This document shows positions 1-12,100 of a DNA stretch of 64,000 nt, piece by piece. Below the pieces are notes generated by a model that was not told the origin of the DNA, searched no databases, and worked only from the letters and a program-made list of their open reading frames with translations. A program made the position numbers and the translations under genes. The stretch is from the human T2T-CHM13v2.0 reference genome, Homo sapiens, in NCBI RefSeq assembly GCF_009914755.1, contig NC_060948.1; one strand, 5' to 3'. Every line of letters starts with the position of its first letter. Position 1 is the first letter of the stretch.

Positions 1-388
1 TCCATTCGAATCCTTTCCATTCCATTTCATTCCATTCCTTTCTATTCCATTCCATTTCATGCGATTTGATTCCATTCTGTTCTATTCCATTCAATTCTTT
101 TTCATTCCATTCGCATCCTTTCTATTGCAGTCCATTACATTCGAGTCCATTCCAATCCCTTCCATTCCATTCCATTACAGTCCATTCCAATAGATTCCAT
201 TCATTTGCATTCCATTCGAATCCATTCCATTCTAGTCCATTCCATTTGAGTCCATTCCATTCCATTCCATTCTATTCCTTTCCAATCCATTCGATTCCAT
301 TCGATTCAATTCCATTTGATTCTCTTTCATTCTATTTTATTCCATGTCATTTGATTGCATTGCATTCCAGTCCGTTTGATTCCAGTCC

Positions 389-403
389 ATTCAAGAAAGT
401 TCC
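389..403. promoter_or_regulatory. Perfect 3-unit heat shock element (nTTCnnGAAnnTTCn), site A; recurs once per unit
   Basis: aTTCa-aGAAa-gTTCc matches the alternating nGAAn consensus for HSF1. The motif match is seen directly; function is inferred. Confidence 0.55.
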
Positions 404-1684
404 ATTCCAGTCCATTGCTTTCCAGTCCATTCCATTCCACTCTAGTCTATTCCACTCCATTCCTTTCCATTCCATTCCATACTATTCCATTCCATTCCTT
501 TGCATTCCGTTTCCAATCTATTCGAGTCCATTGCATTCCAGTCCAATCCATTCGATTACATTCCTTTTGATTCCGTGCCAGTCGATTGCATTGCATACTA
601 CACCATTCCAAAGGAGTCCATTCCATTCTATCTCAACACTTTCCATTCCACTCTGTTCGAGTCCATTCCATTCCAGTCCATTTAATTCAAGGGCATTCCA
701 TTCCATTCCATTCCATTTCATATTATTCCATTCCATTCAATTCCATTCCAGATGATTCCATTCCATTCTATACCATTGCTCTCTGTTCCATTCCATTCCA
801 TCTGTCTCCATTCCTTTCGTTTCGATTCCTTTCCATTCCATTCCATTACATTTGATCCTATTTTATTAAATTGCATTCTATTCGAGTGATTTCCATTCGA
901 GTCCTTTCCATTCGATTCCATTCCATTCTATTCCATTCATTTGGATTCCATTCCATTCCGTTCCGTTCACATCAATTCCTTGCGATTCCATTACATTCGA
1001 TTTCTTGCCATTCGATTCCATTCCTTTTGACTCCATTTCATTCGATTCCATTCCATTCCATTAATTTCCATTCCATTCGAGACCTTTCCATTGCAGTCTT
1101 TTCCCTTCGAGTCCATTCCGTTCGATTCCCTTCCATTCGATTCCATTCCATTGGAGTCCGTACCAGTCGAGTCCATTCTATTCCAGTCCATTAGTTTCGA
1201 CTCCATTGCATTCGAGTGCATTCCATTCCGTGGCTGTCCATTCCATTCCGTTTGATGCCATTCCATACGATTCCATTCAATTCGAGACCATTCTATTCCT
1301 GTCCATTCCTTGTGGTTCGATTCCATTTCACTCTACTACATTCCATTCCATTCAATTCCATTCGACTCTATTCCGTTCCATTCAATTCCATTCCATTCGA
1401 TTCCATTTTTGTCGAGAACCTTCCATTACACTCCCTTCCATTCCAGTGCATTCCATTCCAGTCTCTTCAGTTCGATTCCATTCCATTCGTTTCGATTCCT
1501 TTCCATTCCAGCCCATTCCATTCCATTCCCTTCCTTTCCGTTTCATTAGATTCCATTGCATTCGATTCCATTCAATTCAATTCCGTGCTATTCAATTTGA
1601 TTCATTTCCATTTAATTCCTTTCCATTAGATTCCATTCCCTACGATTCCATTCCTTTTGAATCCATTCCATTGGAGTCCATTCA

Positions 1685-1699
1685 CTTCCAGAACATTCC
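1685..1699. promoter_or_regulatory. Perfect 3-unit heat shock element, site B; recurs once per unit
   Basis: cTTCc-aGAAc-aTTCc. Intact in the first 16 copies and mutated in the last two (58172, 61726). Function is inferred. Confidence 0.55.
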
Positions 1700-4600
1700 A
1701 TTACAGTCGAATCCATTCGAGGACATTCCATTAAAGTTCATTACATTCTAATACATTCCATTCCATTGCATTCCATTCCATTCCATTCGATGCCGTTCGA
1801 TTTCATTCCATGCCAAATCATTGCATTCCTTTCCATTCCGTTCCTATCAATTCCATTCCATTCGATTTAGTTCGATTCTATTCACTTCCATTCCATTCGA
1901 TTCCATTCCATTGGAGTCAATTCCTTTTGACACCCAGCCTTTCCAGTCAGTGTTTTTGGAGTCCATTTTTTTGCATTCCATTACATTCTATGACATTCGA
2001 TTCCGTTTCATTGCATTCCATTCCATACATTTTTATTCCATTCGAGACCGTAGCATTCTGCTTTATTCCAGGCCTGTCCATTACACTACATTCCCTTCCA
2101 TTCCAATGAATTCCATTGCATTCCAATCCATTCCTTTCCTTTCGCTTGCATTCCATTCTATTCTCTTCTACTGCATACAATTTCACTCCATTCGTTCCCA
2201 TTCCATTCAATTCCATTCCATTCAATTCCATTCCATTTGTTTCCATTCTCTTCGATTCCATTTTTTTATATTCCATGCCATTCGATTCCATTCTATTGGA
2301 TTGCATTACATTCGTGTTCATTCCATTCCAGACCATTCCATTTGACTCCATTCCTTTCGAGCCCTTTCAATTTGAGTCCATTCCTTTCCAGTCCATTTCA
2401 CTCCAGTCCATTACAATCCATTCCATACCATTCCATCCCATTCCATTCCATTCCATTCCATTCCATTCCATTCCACTCCATTCCATTCCATTCCATTGCA
2501 TTCCATTCCATTCCATTATATTGCACTGCACTCCATTCCATTACATTCTACTCTATCTGAGTCGATTTTATTGCATTAGATTCTATTCCTTTGGATTACT
2601 TTCCATTCAATTACATTCCATTCATGTACATTCCATTCCAGTCAATTACATTCGAGATCATTACATTACATTCCAGTATATTCCATTGTATTCGATCCCA
2701 TTCCTTTCAATTCCATTTCATTCGACTCCATTATATTCGATTCCATTCCACTCGAATCCATTCCATTAGAGGACATTCCATTCCAATGCATTCCATTCCA
2801 TTCCATAGCATTCCATTGCATTCGATTCCATTCCATTTGATGCCATTCCATGACATTCCATTCCATTCGAGTCCATTCCGTTCCAATTCATTCCATTCCG
2901 TTTCATGAAATTCGAGTCCTTTCCAGTACATTTCATTCCAATCCCATCCAATCCAATCTACTCCATTCAATTCCTTTCCATTCCATTTGATTTGATTCCA
3001 TTGATTTGATTCCATTCAGTTTGAGTCCATTCCGTGAAATTTCGTTCCATTCTATTCCATTGCATTACTTTCCATTCAATTCCATTCCATTTCATTTCAG
3101 TCCATTCGCTTCCTTTCCTTTCGATTCAATTCCATTTGATTCCACTCCATTCTATGCGATTTCATTCCAATCGATTCAATTCCATTCGATGACATTCCTT
3201 TCGTTTCCATTCCATTCGAGTCCATTCAATTTGAGCATTCGTGTCCATTCTATTCGAGTCCATTCCATTACCGTCTATTCTATTCCCTTCCATTCCTGTT
3301 GATTCAATTTCATTCCCTTCCATTCGATTCCTTTCCATTCGATTCCATTCCTTTCCATTCCATTCCATTCGTTCCCATTCCATGTGATTTCATTCCATTC
3401 CAGTCCATTATATTCGAGTCCACTCCACTCCATTCTATTACATTCAATTCCTTTTGAGTCCGTTCCATAAAACTCCATTCATTTCTATCCCATTTCTTGC
3501 CAGTTTTCTTCCATTTTATTCCATTCCGTTCGATTCCATTCCGTTCGATTGTATTCCATTCGAATCCTTTCCATTCCATTTCATTCCATTCCTTTCTATT
3601 CCATTCCATTTCATGCGATTTGATTCCATTCTGTTCTATTCCATTCAATTCTTTTTCATTCTATTCGAATCCATTCTATTGCAGTCCTTTCCAATCGAGT
3701 CCATTCCAATCCCTTCCATTCCATTCCATTACAGTCCATTCCAATAGATTCCATTCCTTTGCCTTCCATTCGAATCCATTCCATTCTAGTCCATTCCATT
3801 TGAGTCAATTCCATTCCATTCCATTCCATTCCTTTCCAATCCATTCGATTCCATTCGATTCAATTCCATTTGATTCTCTTTCATTCTATTTTATTCCATG
3901 CCATTTGATTGCATTGCATTCCATTCCGTTTGATTCCAGTCCATTCAAGAAAGTTCCATTCCAGTCCATTGCTTTCCAGTCCATTCCATTCCACTCTAGT
4001 CTATTCCACTCCATTCCTTTCCATTCCATTCCATACTATTCCATTCCATTCCTTTGCATTCCGTTTCCAATCTATTCGAGTCCATTGCATTCCAGTCCAA
4101 TCCATTCGATTCCATTCCTTTTGATTCCCTGCCAGTCGATTGCATTGCATACTACACCATCCCAAAGGAGTCCATTCCATTCTCTTTCAACACATTCCAT
4201 TGCACTCTGTTCGAGTCCATTCCATTCCAGTCCATTTAATTCAAGGGCATTCCATTCCATTCCATTTCATATTATTCCATTCCATTCAATTCCATTCCAG
4301 ATGATTCCATTCCATCCTATACCATTGCTCTCTGTTCCATTCCATTCCATCTGTCTCCATTCCTTTCGTTTCGATTCCTTTCCATTCCATTCCATTACAT
4401 TTGATCCTATTTTATTAAATTGCATTCTATTCGAGTGATTTCCATTCGAGTCCTTTCCATTCGATTCCATTCCATTCTATTCCATTCCTTTGGATTCCAT
4501 TCCATTCCGTTCCGTTCACATCAATTCCTTGTGATTCCATTACATTCGATTTCTTGCCATTCGATTCCATTCCTTTTGACTCCATTTCATTCGATTCCAT

Positions 4601-7600
4601 TCCATTCCATTAATTTCCATTCCATTCGAGACCTTTCCATTGCAGTCTTTTCCCTTCGAGTCCATTCCGTTCGATTCCCTTCCATTCGATTCCATTCCAT
4701 TGGAGTCCGTACCAGTCGAGTCCATTCTATTCCAGTCCATTAGTTTCGACTCCATTGCATTCGAGTGCATTCCATTCCGTGGCTGTCCATTCCATTCCGT
4801 TTGATGCCATTCCATACGATTCCATTCAATTCGAGACCATTCTATTCCTGTCCATTCCTTGTGGTTCGATTCCATTTCACTCTACTCCATTCCATTCCAT
4901 TCAATTCCATTCGACTCTATTCCGTTCCATTCAATTCCATTCCATTCGATTCCATTTTTGTCGAGAACCTTCCATTACACTCCCTTCCATTCCAGTGCAT
5001 TCCATTCCAGTCTCTTCAGTTCGATTCCATTCCATTCGTTTCGATTCCTTTCCATTCCAGCCCATTCCATTCCATTCCTTTCCTTTCCGTTTCATTAGAT
5101 TCCATTGCATTCGATTCCATTCAATTCAATTCCGTGCTATTCAATTAGATTCATTTCCATTTAATTCCATTCCATTAGATTCCATACCGTACGATTCCAT
5201 TCCTTTTGAATCCATTCCATTGGAGTCCATTCACTTCCAGAACATTCCATTACAGTCGAATCCATTCGAGGACATTCCATTAAAGTTCACTACATTCTAA
5301 TACATTCCATTCCATTGCATTCCATTCCATTCCATTTGATGCCGTTCGATTCCATTCCATGCCAAATCATTGCATTCCTTTCCATTCCGTTCCTATCATT
5401 TCCATTCCATTCGATTTAGTTCGATTCTATTCACTTCCATTCCATTCGATTCCATTCCATTGGAGTGAATTCCTTTTGACACCCAGCTTTTCCAGTCAAT
5501 GATTTTGGAGTCTATTTTTTTGCATTCCATTACATTCTATGACATTCGATTCCGTTTCATTGCATTCCATTCCATACATTTTTATTCCATTCGAGACCGT
5601 AGCATTCTGCTTTATTCCAGACCTGTCCATTACACTACCTTCCCTTCCATTCCAATGAATTCCATTGCATTCCAATCCATTCCTTTCCTTTCGCTTGCAT
5701 TCCATTCTATTCTCTTCTACTGCATACAATTTCACTCCATTCGTTCCCATTCCATTCAATTCCATTCCATTCAATTCCATTCCATTTGTTTCCATTCTCT
5801 TCGATTCCATTTCTTTATATTCCATGCCATTCGATTCCATTCTATTGGATTGCATTACATTCGTGTTCATTCCATTCCAGACCATTCCATTTGACTCCAT
5901 TCCTTTCGAGCCCTTTCAATTTGAGTCCATTCCTTTCCAGTCCATTTCACTCCAGTCCATTACTATCCATTCCATACCATTCCATCCCATTCCATTCCAT
6001 TCCATTCCATTCCATTCCATTCCATTGCATTCCTTTCCATTCCATTCCATTGCACTGCACTCCATTCCATTACATTCTACTCTATCTGAGTCGATTTTAT
6101 TGCATTAGATTCTATTCCATTGGATTACTTTCCATTCGATTACATTTCATTCATGTACATTCCATTCCAGTCAATTACATTCGAGTTCATTACGTTACAT
6201 TCCAGTATATTCCATTGTATTCGATCCCATTCCTTTCAATTCCATTTCATTCGACTCCATTATATTCGATTCCATTCCACTCGAATCCATTCCATTAGAG
6301 GACATTCCATTCCATTGCATTCCATTCCATTCCATAGAATTCCATTGCATTCGATTCCATTCCATTTGATGCCATTTCATTTGATGCCATTCCATGACAT
6401 TCCATTCCATTCGAGTCCATTCCGTTCCAATTCATTCCATTCCGTTTCATGAAATTCGAGTCCTTTCCAGTACATTTCATTCCAATCCCATCCAATCCCA
6501 TCTACTCCATTCAATTCCTTTCCATTCCATTTGATTATATTACATTGATTTGATTCCATTCACTTTGATTCCATTCCGTGAAATTTCCTTCCTTTCTCTT
6601 CCATTGCATTACTTTCCATTCAATTCTATTCCATTTCATTTCAGTCCATTCGCTTCCTTTCTTTTCGATTCAATTCCATTTGATTCCACTCCATTCTATG
6701 CGATTTCATTCCAATCGATTCAATTCCATTCGATGACATTCCTTTCGTTTCCATTCCATTCGAGTCCATTCAATTTGAGCATTCGTGTCCATTCTATTCG
6801 AGTCCATTCCATTACCGTCTATTCTATTCCCTTCCATTCCTGTTGATTCAATTTCATTCCCTTCCATTCGATTCCTTTCCATTCGATTCCATTCCTTTCC
6901 ATTCCATTCCATTCGTTCCCATTCCATGTGATTTCATTCCATTCCAGTCCATTATATTCGAGTCCACTCCACTCCATTCTATTACATTCAATTCCTTTTG
7001 AGTCCGTTCCATAACACTCCTTTCATTTCGATTCCATTTCTTGCCAGTTTTCTTCCATTTTATTCCATTCCGTTCGATTCCATTCCATTCGATTGCATTC
7101 CATTCGAATCCTTTCCATTCCATTTCATTCCATTCCTTTCTATTGCATTCCATTTCATGCGATTTGATTCCATTCTGTTCTATTCCATTCAATTCTTTTT
7201 CATTCCATTCGCATCCTTTCTATTGCAGTCCATTCCATTCGAGTCCATTCCAATCCCTTCCATTCCATTCCATTACAGTCCATTCCAATAGATTCCATTC
7301 CTTTGCCTTCCATTCGAATCCATTCCATTCTAGTCCATTCCATTTGAATCAATTCCATTCCATTCCATTCTATTCCTTTCCAATCCATTCGATTATATTC
7401 GATTCAATTCCATTTGATTCTCTTTCATTCTATTTTATTCCATGACGTTTGATTGCATTGCATTACATTCCGTTTGATTCCAGTCCATTCAAGAAAGTTC
7501 CATTCCAGTCCATTGCTTTCGAGTCCATTCCATTCCACTCTAGTCTATTCCACTCCATTCCTTTCCATTCCATTCCATACTATTCCATTCCGTTCCTTTG

Positions 7601-9158
7601 CATTCCATTTCCAATCTATTCGAGTCCATTGCATTCCAGTCCATTCCATTCGATTACATTCCTTTTGATTCCCTGCCAGTCGATTGCATTGCATACTAGA
7701 CCATTCCAAAGGAGTCCATTCCATTCTATCTCAACACTTTCCATTCCACTCTGTTCGAGTCCATTCCATTCCAGTCCATTTAATTCAAGGGCATTCCATT
7801 CCATTCCATTCCATTTCATATTATTCCATTCCATTCAATTCCATTCCAGATGATTCCATTCCATTCTATACCATTGCTCTCTGTTCCATTCCATTCCATC
7901 TGTCTCCATTCCTTTCGTTTCGATTCCTTTCCATTCCATTCCATTACATTTGATCCTATTTTATTAAATTGCATTATATTCGAGTGATTTCCATTCGAGT
8001 CCTTTCCATTCGATTCCATTCCTTTGGATTTCATTCCATTCCGTTCCGTTCACATCAATTCCTTGCGATTCCATTACATTCGATTTCTTGCCATTCGATT
8101 CCATTCCTTTTGACTCCATTTCATTCGATTCCATTCCATTCCATTAATTTCCATTCCATTCGAGACCTTTCCATTGCAGTCTTTTCCCTTCGAGTCCATT
8201 CCGTTCGATTCCCTTCCATTCGATTCCATTCCATTGGAGTCCGTACCAGTCGAGTCCATTCTATTCCAGTCCATTAGTTTCGACTCCATTGCATTCGAGT
8301 GCATTCCATTCTGTGGCTGTCCATTCCATTCCGTTTGATGCCATTCCATACGATTCCATTCAATTCGAGACCATTCTATTCCTGTCCATTCCTTTTGGTT
8401 CGATTCCATTTCACTCTAGTCCATTCCATTCCATTCAATTCCATTCGACTCTATTCCGTTCCATTCAATTCCATTCCGTTCGATTCCATTTTTGTCGAGA
8501 ACCTTCCATTACACTCCCTTCCATTCCAGTGCATTCCATTCCAGTCTCTTCAGTTCGATTCCATTCCATTCATTTCGATTCCTTTCCGTTCCAGCCCATT
8601 CCATTCCATTCCATTCCTTTCCATTCCGTTTCTTTAGATTCCATTGCATTCGATTCCATTCAATTCAGTTCCGTGCTATTCAATTTGATTCATTTCCATT
8701 TAATTCCATTCCATTAGATTCCATTCCGTACGATTCCAGTCCTTTTGAATCCATTACATTGGAGTCCATTCACTTCCAGAACATTCCATTCCAGTCGAAT
8801 CCATTCGAGGACATTCCATTAAAGTTCATTACATTCTAATACATTCCATTCCATTGCATTCCATTCCATTCCATTCGATGCCATTCGATTCCATTCCATG
8901 CCAAATCATTGCATTCCTTTCCATTCCGTTCCTATCAATTCCATTCCATTCGATTTAGTTCGATTCTATTCACTTCCATTCCATTCGATTCCATTCCATT
9001 GGAGTCAATTCCTTTCGACACCCAGCCTTTCCAGTCAATGATTTTGGAGTCCATTTTTTTGCATTCCATTACATTCTATGACATTCGATTCCGTTTCATT
9101 GCATTCCATTCCATACATTTTTATTCCATTCGAGACCGTAGCATTCTGCTTTATTCCA

Positions 9159-12100
9159 GGCCTGTCCATTACACTACATTCCCTTCCATTCCAATGAATT
9201 CCATTCCATTCCAATCCATTCCTTTCCTTTCGCTTGCATTCCATTCTATTCTCTTCTAATGCATACAATTTCACTCCATTCGTTCCCATTCCATTCAATT
9301 CCATTCCATTCAATTCCATTCCATTTGTTTCCATTCTCTTCGATTCCATTTCTTTATATTCCATGAAATTTGATTCCTTTCTATTGGATTGCATTACATT
9401 CGTGTTCATTCCATTCCAGACCATTCCATTTGACTCCATTCCTTTCGAGCCCTTTCAATTTGAGTCCATTCTTTCCAGTCCATTTCACTCCAGTCCATTA
9501 CTATCCATTCCATACCATTCCATCCCATTCCATTCCATTCCATTCCATTCCATTACATTCCATTCCATTGCATTCCATTCCATTCCATTCCATTGCACTG
9601 CACTCCATTCCATTACATTCTACTCTATTTGAGTCGATTTTATTGCATTAGATTCTATTCCATTGGATTACTTTCCATTGATTCCATTCCATTTGATGCC
9701 ATTCCATTTGATGCCATTCCATGACATTCCATTCCATTCGAGTCCATTCCGTTCCAATTCATTCCATTCCGTTTCATGAAATTCGAGTCCTTTCCAGTAC
9801 ATTTCATTCCAATCCCATCCAATCCCATCTACTCCATTCAATTCCTTTCCATTCCATTTGATTATATTCCATTGATTTGATTCCATTCAGTTTGATTCCA
9901 TTCCGTGAAATTTCCTTCCATTCTCTTCCATTGCATTAGTTTCCATTCAATTCCATTCCATTTCATTTCAGTCCATTCGCTTCCTTTCCTTTCGATTCAA
10001 TTCCATTTGATTCCACTCCATTCTATGCGATTTCATTCCAATCGATTCAATTCCATTCGATGACATTCCTTTCGTTTCCATTCCATTCGAGTCCATTCAA
10101 TTTGAGCATTCGTGTCCATTCTATTCGAGTCCATTCCATTACCGTCTATTCTATTCCCTTCCATTCCTGTTGATTCAATTTCATTCCCTTCCATTCGATT
10201 CCTTTCCATTCGATTCCATTCCTTTCCATTCCATTCCATTCGTTCCCATTCCATGTGATTTCATTCCATTCCAGTCCATTATATTCGAGTCCACTCCACT
10301 CCATTCTATTACATTCAATTCCTTTTGAGTCCGTTCCATAACACTCCATTCATTTCGATTCCATTTCTTGCCAGTTTTCTTCCATTTTATTCCATTCCGT
10401 TCGATTCCATTCCATTCGATTGCATTCCATTCGAATCCTTTCCATTCCATTTCATTCCATTCCTTTCTATTCCATTCCATTTCATTCGATTTGATTCCAT
10501 TCTGTTCTATTCCATTCAATTCTTTTTCATTCCATTCGAATCCTTTCTATTGCAGTCCATTCCATTCGAGTCCATTCCAATCCCTTCCATTCCATTCCAT
10601 TACAGTCCATTCCAATAGATTCCATTCCTTTGCCTTCCATTCGAATCCATTCCATTCTAGTCCATTCCATTTGAGTCAATTCCATTCCATTCCATTCTAT
10701 TCCTTTCCAATCCATTCGATTCCATTCGATTCAATTCCGTTTGATTCTCTTTCATTCTATTTTATTCCATGACATTTGATTGCATTGCATTCCATTCCGT
10801 TTGATTCCAGTCCATTCAAGTATGTTTCATTCCAGTCCATTGCTTTCCAGTCAATTCCATTCCACTCTAGTCTATTCCACTCCATTCCTTTCCATTCCAT
10901 TCCATACTATTCCATTCCATTCCTTTGCATTCCGTTTCCAATCTATTCGAGTCCATTGCATTCCAGTCCAATCCATTCGATTACATTCCTTTTGATTCCC
11001 TGCCAGTCGATTGCATTGCATACTAGACCATTCCAAAGGAGTCCATTCCATTCTATCTCAACACTTTCCATTCCACTCTGTTCGAGTCCATTCCATTCCA
11101 GTCCATTTAATTCAAGGGCATTCCATTCCATTCCATTCCATTTCATATTATTCCATTCCATTCAATTCCATTCCAGATGATTCCATTCCATTCTATACCA
11201 TTGCTCTCTGTTCCATTCCATTCCATCTGTCTCCATTCCTTTCGTTTCGATTCCTTTCCATTCCATTCCATTCCATTTGATCCTATTTTATTAAATTGCA
11301 TTCTATTCGAGTGATTTCCATTCGAGTCCTTTCCATTCGATTCCATTCCATTCTATTCCATTCCTTTGGATTCCATTCCATTCCGTTCCGTTCACATCAA
11401 TTCCTTGCTATTCCATTACATTCGATTTCTTGCCATTCGATTCCATTCCTTTTGACTCCATTTCATTCGATTCCATTCCATTCCATTAATTTCCATTCCA
11501 TTCGAGACCTTTCCATTGCAGTCTTTTCCCTTCGAGTCCATTCCGTTCGATTCCCTTCCATTCGATTCCATTCCATTGGAGTCCGTACCAGTCGAGTCCA
11601 TTCTATTCCAGTCCATTAGTTTCGACTCCATTGCATTCGAGTGCAATCCATTCCGTGGCTGTCCATTCCATTCCGTTTGATGCCATTCCATACGATTCCA
11701 TTCAATTCGAGACCATTCTATTCCTGTCCATTCCTTGTGGTTCGATTCCATTTCACTCTAGTCCATTCCATTCCATTCAATTCCATTCGACTCTATTCCG
11801 TTTCATTCAATTCCATTCCATTCGATTCCATTTTTTTCGAGAACCTTCCATTACACTCCCTTCCATTCCAGTGCATTCCATTCTAGTCTCTTCAGTTCGA
11901 TTCCATTCCATTCGTTTCGATTCCTTTCCATTCCAGCCCATTCCATTCCATTCCATTCCTTTCCTTTCCGTTTCATTAGATTCCATTGCATTCGATTCCA
12001 TTCAATTCAATTCCGTGCTATTCAATTTGATTCATTTCCATTTAATTCCATTCCATTAGATTCCATTCCGTACGATTCCATTCCTTTTGAATCCATTCCA

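Noticed and set aside
860-870. ATTTTATTAAA (AATAAA on - strand) as a polyadenylation signal or TATA-like element
   Set aside because: It is a lone hexamer once per unit with no supporting transcript evidence in the sequence. Testing it would need 3'-end RNA data for GGAAT-strand transcripts.
1947-2351. 134 aa minus-strand ATG ORF retained in most units
   Set aside because: Retention follows from high unit identity and stop-poor composition. It is truncated, frameshifted or split in other copies (23003, 54792, 62012/62204).
2901-3045. TTTCATGAAA palindrome and TTCCGTGAA (STAT-like TTCN3GAA)
   Set aside because: These are short motifs easily generated in a TTC-rich background. The first is only a two-unit HSE because the following TTC is out of spacing.
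2071-5619. Unit being a dimer of ~1.77 kb halves
   Set aside because: Distinctive landmarks (GGCCTG, AAGGGC, GTGGCTG, CACCCAGCC) have no visible counterpart half a unit away. A self-alignment would be needed to exclude a very old dimer.
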